From positions 372,001 to 436,000 of the forward strand of contig JAHDYR010000012.1 of the NCBI GenBank assembly GCA_019828565.1: DNA of 64,000 nucleotides. The letters are read 5' to 3'. Both the position numbers and the translations under genes were made by a program. This DNA comes from Carpediemonas membranifera BICM (Eukaryota > Protista > Fornicata). This document shows positions 52,174-61,100 of the stretch, one piece after another. Below the pieces are notes generated by a model that searched no databases, was not told where the DNA came from, and saw only the letters and a program-made list of their open reading frames with translations. Numbering within the stretch: the first letter of the stretch is position 1; each line of letters starts with the position of its first letter.

Positions 52174-55100
52174 CTAATGGCCTCGCCCCCCGCGATGGCC
52201 GCCCCGACCGCGTCCCCGGCCTCGACCACCACCACAACCACCACGACCGCGGCCACGCCCTCTCTGGCCCTGGCTCTGGGGTCTGTCAGCAACGTGGTCC
52301 ACTTCGGGCCCCCTCCCCGGCTTGTGATCACGGGCGCGGCCCTTGTCCTTGTCGGATGGGGCCGGACGGGCATCTGTCTTGTCGCCCTGCTTGCTGTCCT
52401 GCTTCTGCCGACCCCTCCTGGGCTTCTGGGCCTTCTCCGCAGGCTTGCCCTCGCCCTTCTCCGGCTTCTTCTGCTCAGACTTCTCGGTCATCTTCTGGTC
52501 GCCCTTCTTCTGCTCGGGCTTCGGCCCCCTCCTTCCCCTATCCTCAAGCTTGGCGTCGTCCTTGGGGCCTCGCCGGTCGTCGCGGCCGTCCCTGCGGTTG
52601 CCCGAGTCCCTTACGGCGGCCTTGTTCAGCTCCTCCTCGATCTTCCGCACGCGACACTCCTCGATGAACTCGGCCAGCGGCGTCTCAGGGTGCCAGTCAG
52701 CCTTCGCGTCTGCACCCCCGCCCCGCCTGCCTCTCCGACCTCTGCCGCGACCCCTGCCGCGTGCCATGGTGAAGCGGCCGTGACGGACGTCGCTGAGGCC
52801 GACGAGCGGTGAGTCAGAGCAGACTAGGCAACCCGACGCCGTCTCTCCGCCCGTTCTCTGGGTGTGAGGCGGCCACGTCACCGTGATGTTGCGGTAGCCG
52901 CACTTGCTGCAGTAATCGCCGAGGACGAGGGTCTTGGCCTTCTTGAGGATGTCGACCACAAGGTTGCATCGCGTGCAGTAGGCCTTCCAGTCACCGCTGC
53001 CGCTGTTCGACCGGTCGAGCACGAGCTCCCCCACGCTACCGCTGACTGCACAGTCGGGGCAAGGCCCAATAAGCCGGGCCGCCCGCGCCATGGGGCATGT
53101 GGTGTGTGTGCAGGTGTGGCAGGGCGTCGGGTCAGTCTTGCTGTCGTGGCATCTGGGGCAGATGGGGTAGGACTTCTGGTTCGACCCCAGGCTGACCATG
53201 ATGAGTTCATACCCGTCCTTGGGGCAGAACGTGCCCGTCAGCATCTTCACCGCACCGTCGGAGGGCACGTTGATGGTCTCCTCACACGTAGGGCAGTACA
53301 GACGGGGCGGCCTCTGATGAATGAACCGCATGTAGTGCGAGCAGTTGCCGCACTTGGTGAAGGGTCTCCCCGTCTCCGTCAGCGGCGAGAACTTGGCCGA
53401 GAAGAGCCCCTCCATGTCCCCAACGTGCCGCTGGAAGTTAACGAACCTCGCCCTGTAGTCCGCCAGCGCCTTGGTCAGCAGGGCCTGCAGCGTCATCTTA
53501 CCCTCCGCCACCGTCATGATGTCCCGCTCGATGTCAGCCCTGATCTGCGGTGACACCAGCGACCGGTCGATCTGCTGGTAACCGTGGACGAGGCAAATGC
53601 CCAGGGCGGTCGGGACGAGGCGACGGTCGGTCATCGTCACGTAGTTCCGCTCCTGGATGTTCTTGATGTGGGTGGCGATGCTGGCGTCTGTCCCGATGCC
53701 GTTCTTCTCCATCCGGTCGATCAGCTGGGCCTCCGTCAGATATGACGGGGGTCGTGTCACGCCCTGCACCGTGCTGACGGAGACCACGGGGATCGTCTCG
53801 CCCGCGGCCACGTCAGGGAGGCCCGACACATCCCGATCGGCCTCGTCGGGCAGGTCGTCTTCATCCTCATCCGAAAAGCCGAGGAGCACGTCTCTGAAGC
53901 CCGGCTTCGTCACCTTTGTCTCTCGTGCCTTGAACTCTGACTCCCCGACAGTCAAAGTCATGGTCACGGACTCCGTCTGGGCGTTCGGGGCGTTGGATGC
54001 GAGGAATACACGGCAAATCATGTCGTACAGGCGGGCCCTGTCGCCGCTGATCTCGGGCCCCGGGTGGTGTCCCGTGGGCGTGATAGGGGGGTGATCACCC
54101 ATGTTGACGCCGCCCGTGTTCACCTTGATCGCTCCCTGGTACGTCTCGACGAAGCGGCTGAACGTCGGGTCCGTCTTGAAGCTGCGGAACAGGCCGGTGA
54201 CGTCCATGGAGTCGGGGTATCGCGTGCTTTCGGTCCGGGGGTAGCTAATGGCCCCGCTGATGTACAGCTGCTCGGCCAGGGCCATGGTGTAGTCGCTGCT
54301 CATGCTGAGCCACGTCGACGCCAGCTTCATCATGCCGACAGTGTTGAGGGCGCCAGGGCGGCCGATCTTGCCGCTGGCTTTCTTGATACTGCTCACAGTG
54401 GCGTGATTGACGGCCTTGCACCGGTCGACCTCGGCCATCACACGGGTCTTCGTCACCGACGATCCCTTGGTCGATCGCATAAGCACACGATATGACGGAT
54501 TGGACACCGCCAGCTGGAAGGCGGAGTTGTCGCCGGCCTTGTACCCCGATGGGATCGCGATGGTGCACGTGTAGTGGGTCTGCGGCTTGAAGCGGACGAT
54601 CTCGTCGTGTCTGGCCACCGTGAACCCCAGGGTCGGCGTCTGGCACGGCCCGTAGCTTATCACACGGCTGTCGAGGTCCCCGAACTTCGCCTGGAAGTAT
54701 CTCGTCTGGAACCTCGTGAAGCTGACACCGATCTTGAGGTCGAGCTCCTGTCGGGCCTCAACGGAGTCGGACTCGTCCTTGTTGGGGTCCTTGAGGGTCG
54801 CCATGGCGTGCCGGACCTCCTGGGTGGTGATGGCACTGAATATGGCCCGGTAGATCTGCTTTCCAGAGACTTTGGCCAGGACGGGGCGGATGGCGTCGAG
54901 CACCTCGAAGCAGATGTTCTCGCCCTCCCGATCGTTGTCTAGCCAGAGGATGACACGGTGGGCCCCCTTGGCAGCAGTGCGGAGGTGCTGGCGGACATTG
55001 GCCTTGGGATTCGCCTCGACCTTCACGACCTTGGAGTCGAAGAGCTCCAGGGGGTCCTTGTCCCAGGACTGGGACTCTGGGGGGAAATCAATCGACATCA

Positions 55101-55272
55101 CATGGCCAATGACGGAAGTGAACTTGAATTGGCACTTCTTGCCGTTGAAATCGTTGGTGAACTGCCACACGGGAAACTTGCCCTCACCACGGGTAACATG
55201 GTTGTTGCTGAGCAATTTTGCAACACTTTCAGCGAGACTAGGCTTTTCAGCAACACAGAAAACCGTCTCCAT
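52174..55272 (-). CDS. TOP3B: DNA topoisomerase III beta
   Basis: VAEKPS Toprim, LWLDNDREGENI, SYGPCQTPTLG, ISYPRT (catalytic Tyr), GIGTDAS, C-terminal CxxC ribbons and RGG tails. Confidence 0.96.
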   Translation of the reverse strand: METVFCVAEKPSLAESVAKLLSNNHVTRGEGKFPVWQFTNDFNGKKCQFKFTSVIGHVMSIDFPPESQSWDKDPLELFDSKVVKVEANPKANVRQHLRTAAKGAHRVILWLDNDREGENICFEVLDAIRPVLAKVSGKQIYRAIFSAITTQEVRHAMATLKDPNKDESDSVEARQELDLKIGVSFTRFQTRYFQAKFGDLDSRVISYGPCQTPTLGFTVARHDEIVRFKPQTHYTCTIAIPSGYKAGDNSAFQLAVSNPSYRVLMRSTKGSSVTKTRVMAEVDRCKAVNHATVSSIKKASGKIGRPGALNTVGMMKLASTWLSMSSDYTMALAEQLYISGAISYPRTESTRYPDSMDVTGLFRSFKTDPTFSRFVETYQGAIKVNTGGVNMGDHPPITPTGHHPGPEISGDRARLYDMICRVFLASNAPNAQTESVTMTLTVGESEFKARETKVTKPGFRDVLLGFSDEDEDDLPDEADRDVSGLPDVAAGETIPVVSVSTVQGVTRPPSYLTEAQLIDRMEKNGIGTDASIATHIKNIQERNYVTMTDRRLVPTALGICLVHGYQQIDRSLVSPQIRADIERDIMTVAEGKMTLQALLTKALADYRARFVNFQRHVGDMEGLFSAKFSPLTETGRPFTKCGNCSHYMRFIHQRPPRLYCPTCEETINVPSDGAVKMLTGTFCPKDGYELIMVSLGSNQKSYPICPRCHDSKTDPTPCHTCTHTTCPMARAARLIGPCPDCAVSGSVGELVLDRSNSGSGDWKAYCTRCNLVVDILKKAKTLVLGDYCSKCGYRNITVTWPPHTQRTGGETASGCLVCSDSPLVGLSDVRHGRFTMARGRGRGRGRRGRRGGGADAKADWHPETPLAEFIEECRVRKIEEELNKAAVRDSGNRRDGRDDRRGPKDDAKLEDRGRRGPKPEQKKGDQKMTEKSEQKKPEKGEGKPAEKAQKPRRGRQKQDSKQGDKTDARPAPSDKDKGRARDHKPGRGPEVDHVADRPQSQGQRGRGRGRGGCGGGRGRGRGRGGHRGGRGH

Positions 55273-55417
55273 CTGAAGGACTTGCTGAAATTCGCATAGC
55301 TCTTATATGAAAGAACGAAGGAAGAGGACCTGCCCTGGTGACCCAATAGCCGTGGGATGATCTGCATTTGCAGTCCTCTCAGCTCATGATTTGACTCGGC
55401 CGACTGCTGAGTGGGTG

Positions 55418-55429
55418 TGACGTCATCAC
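55418..55429 (+). promoter_or_regulatory. CRE/ATF-like element TGACGTCATCAC upstream of PDI
   Basis: About 28 nt upstream of the ATG; identical to the element upstream of ProDH. Confidence 0.4.
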
Positions 55430-55456
55430 AAGGCTTGCTTTCGAGCTTAGCTTGGA

Positions 55457-56146
55457 ATGAAGACTATCTCAGCAGTACTATTGGCTTCTATCCTCATATC
55501 CGCGGTTTCCGCGTACTATCTCCCCACACTGGACGAGAGCTCCTTCACGAGCAAGCTCAGCGCCTCCTCTCGCCCCTCACTCGTCTTCTTCGGCGCTAGC
55601 TGGTGTGGACATTGTAAGAACTTCAAGCCGAAGTACACTGCGGCCGCTGAGAAGCTCACAGGTCTTGTCGATCTCTACTACGTCGAGTGCACGACCAACA
55701 TGAACTTATGTGGCCGCATGGGTCTCCAGGGCTACCCCACCGTCAAGGTCTTCCCCGCCCACTCCAGCAGCCCCCAGACAGACTACCAGGGGCAACGTGA
55801 GGTCGGGGCCGTCATCGACTACGCCCTGACGCTCATCCACCGCAGAGTCGTCAGCCTGACTGCGGCAAAGGTCGACGCCTTCCTCCAGAGCGAGAAGGCG
55901 ATGGTGGCTGTCACCGAGAAGGCAACCCCGCCTCTGCTGCTCCACATCTTGGCCGAGGAGCACAAGGACGTCGTCATCGCACACGTCAAGGCAGGCAGCC
56001 CCGCCGCCAAGGAGCTCGAAAAGCAGACCGGCGTGGTCCTGGATGGTGACAGTAAGACTGTGTTGCTCGGGGGCAGGGGAAAGCTCGTGCCGCACCAGGG
56101 CGGGATGAAGAAGAACGAGCTGGTCGCCGCGATCAAAGGGCTGTAA
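55457..56146 (+). CDS. Protein disulfide isomerase / thioredoxin-domain protein, secreted
   Basis: Signal peptide, WCGHCK, GYPTVK. Confidence 0.92.
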   Translation: MKTISAVLLASILISAVSAYYLPTLDESSFTSKLSASSRPSLVFFGASWCGHCKNFKPKYTAAAEKLTGLVDLYYVECTTNMNLCGRMGLQGYPTVKVFPAHSSSPQTDYQGQREVGAVIDYALTLIHRRVVSLTAAKVDAFLQSEKAMVAVTEKATPPLLLHILAEEHKDVVIAHVKAGSPAAKELEKQTGVVLDGDSKTVLLGGRGKLVPHQGGMKKNELVAAIKGL

Positions 56147-56253
56147 AGTAGCGTTGTATGCTGTAGTTGATGTTAGTGATGCAAAGTAACGCTCACATCT
56201 TCGTTTTCGTTGTGTAAGTCGACCTGACCTAAACCTGCGAACAATTACGCGAA

Positions 56254-57204
56254 ATGATGGAATCAATGGGTGCCCACGCTGACAGCCACCAGGTGCTGAC
56301 TCACATGCCGCTTCTGGGCTTGCCGTGCTCGGGTTTGACTGACCGACTGCAGTATCCGCGGCACTGCCTGCGGCTGTCTTTTCCGGAAGGCCATGGCCCC
56401 CTAGATATAGAAATGAACCACAAGCACAAGCTTGTACCAAATGTCGCTATGTCGCGGCAATCGCTCTTTCCAATCGACGTGGACATGAGCATCGCACAAA
56501 CCCCGCACCACGGCGGCCAAGCTCTTTTCCTCCTGGACCTTGATGACACACTGATCGCCACAACCTTTCTCCTCAATGAGCTTGAGGCCGGGGGGCTCAG
56601 TTCCACCGCAAAGAAGCAGCTCAAGGGTCTCGACAAAACATCCGCTCTTCTCGTCCGCGAGCTCCTCTCGGCGGCCCACACCAAGGTTGCTGTGGTCACC
56701 TGCGGCACGGCCTCATGGATGACCGCCGCGTTGACGTACTTCCCTCGTCTCCGAAGAGCTCTGCGTCGCACCCTCGTCGTCTCTGCACGGGATACGTGGG
56801 CCGACGCCTTCCCTGTCGAGCAGTACGGCCACAACGCCTCGTGTATGTGGAAGCTGGCCTCGTTCCGTCGTATCGTCTCCAGCTTGGATGACGCCGCCTC
56901 GCTGGACGTCATCAGCATTGGCGACTCACCAACTGAGCGACGGGCTGCTCGATACCTGCTCAAATCCGCCAAGAAGGACAAGAAGCGGCGGAGTCTCGGC
57001 CAGGACGCGGGGACCGAGCTCTTTGTGAAGTCCGTGCAGACCGCCGCCGCCCCCAGTCCCGAGGTCCTCAGCGGCCAACTCAACCAGGTCATGGCGATGC
57101 TCGACGTCCTCAGGATGCCGCGGGTGTCGATGGACGGGACAATCGATGAGATTGGCCACTTTGCGGGGCACGGCGACGGAGGTTGCGGATTAGACCCAGA
57201 ATAG
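56254..57204 (+). CDS. HAD-superfamily protein
   Basis: LDLDDTL, VVTCG..W, VVSAR, WKLASF, ISIGDSPTERRA. The start is probably downstream (e.g. 56449). Confidence 0.75.
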   Translation: MMESMGAHADSHQVLTHMPLLGLPCSGLTDRLQYPRHCLRLSFPEGHGPLDIEMNHKHKLVPNVAMSRQSLFPIDVDMSIAQTPHHGGQALFLLDLDDTLIATTFLLNELEAGGLSSTAKKQLKGLDKTSALLVRELLSAAHTKVAVVTCGTASWMTAALTYFPRLRRALRRTLVVSARDTWADAFPVEQYGHNASCMWKLASFRRIVSSLDDAASLDVISIGDSPTERRAARYLLKSAKKDKKRRSLGQDAGTELFVKSVQTAAAPSPEVLSGQLNQVMAMLDVLRMPRVSMDGTIDEIGHFAGHGDGGCGLDPE

Positions 57205-57294
57205 CTCAACTTTTTCACTTTTAAACCATAGCATCTCTCGAATGGAGTGGCTTTATGAGCTGGCCTAGCAGGTTGAGGGTCTGGCCATCGGCCG

Positions 57295-57861
57295 TCACCG
57301 CTGCTTCCTGCTGGCCTCCCTTATGGCGTCCAGCCACATCAAGAAGGCCGGTCTCGACCCGGCATTGAATATGTACAGCCGGCCCTTGTACGAGATCTCC
57401 ATGCAGGACTCCCCCATGGCCGACGGCTGGACCGTGACGGCCCCCACGTCCAAGGTGTGGGCCGGCACCGTCTCCCGGTCGTTGTGGTAGTACTGGATGC
57501 GGACGGGGGTCAGCTCCACCCACCGCTGTCGCCACGTCTTGTGGACGTTGCTGTACTTGCCCATCCATCCGCTCTTGAGGATGGTCGCCTCGGCACTGCC
57601 GTTGGCTCGGACGTCAGCGCTGGCACATTCGAAGCGATCGAACGGCTGCACGGCGCTGTATGGGAATACTCCCCTCTTACCGTCCAGCTGCCCTTTCCAG
57701 AGCCCCGAGTCGGATTCCTCGAGGAGAGTGATGAGATCTCCCTTCTCAAAGCTCAGCTCATGCGGAAGCCGGGCCTTGAAGTCCACGATTGCCACAACAA
57801 TTGGTCTTTCTAGCTTCTTGTCGCTCTGAGTTGTGGCAACAGGCCCTGTGTGGCTTGCCAT
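57295..57861 (-). CDS. SH3 + PH domain adaptor
   Basis: AIVDF..ELSFEKGD..LWKG..GVFP (SH3); KSGWMGK..WRQRWV..WLDAI (PH). Confidence 0.92.
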   Translation of the reverse strand: MASHTGPVATTQSDKKLERPIVVAIVDFKARLPHELSFEKGDLITLLEESDSGLWKGQLDGKRGVFPYSAVQPFDRFECASADVRANGSAEATILKSGWMGKYSNVHKTWRQRWVELTPVRIQYYHNDRETVPAHTLDVGAVTVQPSAMGESCMEISYKGRLYIFNAGSRPAFLMWLDAIREASRKQR

Positions 57862-58177
57862 ACACCGTTGTTTGCTGCTGACTCCCGGACACTATATCTG
57901 GTGGCATGGTCAGGCTGAGCTGCCCAGAACGTGGCGCCACTATCAGAGAGTATGGCGGTCCCTTGATGGACTCCGTAGCAGACCCACACCGACCAGAGGC
58001 GGCGTCCTGAGAAGAGCCTGCCTTGGTCTATTGTTCAATGGTATCAGCAACGAGCATAGGGGACTGACTCTTTGCAGGAGACTATTTATGTGCATGTTCA
58101 ATTAAAGGGGGAGACCGGGGGACCAGGCCTCTTGACATGTCATATACGATACAACCCTATACGAAACCCTATCACCC

Positions 58178-61100
58178 TCAATGATAAATGGCCTGCTGGA
58201 TGATCAAGGCCCTCATGCCGGGCGCCGTTCCCTCCCTATGGCTCCGCATGTCCATGTGCAGCGGGTGCCCCGTCGAGAGCACCATCCCGTACAACCCACG
58301 CGGCATCGTCTCGCCGAAGACCTCGCCGCCGCAGGTCAGCCGCAGTCTTGCCTCGGCGTGGAGGGGCTGGTCGGTGAGGTCGATGCGGAGTGACCAGCCA
58401 GCAGCCTCCCGCACGCCCTTGATGGGGCTGGGGGTTCCGGAGACTACCAGGGACAGCTCCGACCGGGTCATGTCGTCGAAGTCGTCGGTGGAGGCCGCGT
58501 AGATGTCCACGGCAAGCTCCACTCCGGTTAGCGGGCCGCCAAAGCCCGTCATCTCCTCGATGGTGACAACGTGCAGTTTAAGCCCTCCTCCAAACCGAAG
58601 CGACTGCCGGGCGTTGTGGGATAGACTGGCTGAGAACTCTGCCAGGGAGGTGGTGAGCTCGCCGAGCTTGGTCTCTCCCGTCCCGCCCGAGTTCCACAGC
58701 TCGATGGCGAAGGCCCGGTAGTAGCCCCCCACCATCGCCTGCGACAGCTTCACGGCGAACTTACCGTCGTCGTAGACTGGTGTGGACAAGAGCTCCGTGT
58801 CGCGCATGGTGATGGCGACCAGTCTGTCCGACGGCAGCGGTAACACGAGCCCCTGCCCGACCCTGTGTGTGCACTCTGGGTCTACGGTAAAGGTGAAGGC
58901 CGCCCTGGGGTCGACGCAGTGGCCCCTGAACCGCAGGAACGGGTGGGGGATCAGCTTAGGATGGCCCGACACGCGCAGGATAACCCGGACGGACTGTGCG
59001 GGGACCCGCATGGGCCTATCCACGGCCAGCACAGACCGGACCATGAGCATGCCGGAGTTCCGGTACAGCATCCGGTTCCGCTTGACCGAGTTGATCAGGG
59101 GGATGTGGAAGCCGGCCGAACACAGTCGAGCCATCGGCACCGTGGCGCTGCCGATGAAGGACGCCGCCCCGACGTCGTTATGGTCGAATACGTCGACGCG
59201 AACAGTGCCTGCAAGCCCACCTGTCGCTGTGAGAGGAAGAACGAACTCCTTGAAGGTCGGCGACAGCGTCCTGCGATGGATCTCGGAGCGGTAGATCATT
59301 GTCATCGGCTCCACAGCGGTCGTGGTGGATCTATACGGGCTGCTGGATATCACTAGATACGGATCTGAGAACCCAGTCACGTCCTTGGCGTCCAACCCCG
59401 AGCAAGCCAGGGAGAGTCGAACGGAGTCGCCCGCGACGATGCCCTGCTGACTCGACAGCGGCATGACGCTGGTCGGGCGGACGGTGCCCCTGTGCTCGTC
59501 GAGTCTGCTGAGGGGCTGTTCCAGATGGAGCATGGTCAGTGAGTTGTAGGAGAGGGGGGCCGCGGCCACCTTGGCGGTCAGCCCATCGGAGTCCCAGTCT
59601 CGAACGGTCAACGTCAGCTCGCGGTGGGCGCCGCCGCAGTGCTTGGCATCGAGCACAAGGGCGAACTTGGCAGCCAGCGTGTTGGGGGCGAAGGGTGTGG
59701 TCTGGATGGGGACGCTGACGCCCTCGACGTCTGTCGTCAGTTCCAGGAAAGGGTCACACAGCCCCATTGGCCCGTCCGTGGATGGCAGGCCGTCGACGTG
59801 GACTGTCACCAGCGACCTCTGGGGCACAGTCAGCTGGCGGTCGGTGTTGGGCGCCACCTCGAGGGTGACCTGGCCGAACATGACGCTCCGACCAACCATG
59901 GCGTTCAACTCGAACATGGACGTCTCGACGCGGGTCTCGTCGCCGTGCCCGTCGTCGACCACGATGGCGAGTACCTCGGTGGGCCCGCAGTATAAGGGGA
60001 TGCGAGGCCAGTCGTACCCAGACATGCGGGAGAGGAGCGTCTCGCCGCTGTACAGCCGCAGACCGCCGGACGGCCGCTTCTCCTTCAGGGCGATGGAGAG
60101 GTAGACCGGGTTCGGGTCGAGGGGCTCCACGCCAGCGTCGTCCTCGGTGATGGTGACGGTACCGACAACGGTGCCGTCGGACTCTACCGCGCCGGTGCCC
60201 AGTCGTACTGAGGTCAACGCTGACCCGAGGAGTTCGTGCCTTTGGTTGAGCAGATCGATCCGGAGACCGGTGTCCGTTGTCACGCGGGGGAGCAGGACGC
60301 GCTGCTGCAGCCCGGCGCACGGCTTCGTGACGGCGACAGGGGCGAATGCCGCCCCGAGCATCGTGTGGACGCGGAGGTAGTAGTCCGCATCGACCCCACT
60401 GACTCCGATCAGGATGTGTCGGGCAGCAGCAACCTGCTCCTGGGCGGGAAGTGTCTCGGTCACCTCGGCATACCCGACCAGGGTGGACACACCGTCTGCC
60501 GCATGGCACAAGGGGTGTAACGAGCCGACAACGGCCATGCCCGGGGTCATGATGACGGACCCCCTGCCGCTGACGTCGACGGAGACGGGGCCGGCGGTGG
60601 GCAGGCTGACGACACCCTCGGACGACACGAACATGGGGGTGGTGAATGCGGGCCTCTGCTGCTCCAGGATTGAGGTCAGCTGGGTCTGTCCAACGACGAA
60701 GAGCGGCGACTCCGGGTTAGTGTCGAGGAAAGTAGCTTTGAGTCTTATAGCCGCGGGAATGGGGTCAGCAGCATGGGCCGGTGAGACTGTGACTGTGACG
60801 CCGTTCGCCTTAATCGCCCAGTCACCCGCGACAGTCACAGCGGCCGAGATGGGGAAGGAGGCGAGACGGTCATGGAGCCCGTGCGGGTCGACCGAGAACA
60901 GCTCAAGCACGGCGCCACAGTCAACCTTGATGCTCCGATCACCGCCAACAGCTGTGGTAAAGATCTGGCCGTCGCTGCTGACTGCGAGGAAATGGTGGGG
61001 GCTGTCGACAGCGACCCGGACGAACTCGGGGACGGGGACCTCAGTGCCAGTGTCGCACGGCTCGAGCTGGATCCTGCCGACGACTCTGGTCGACTGAACC

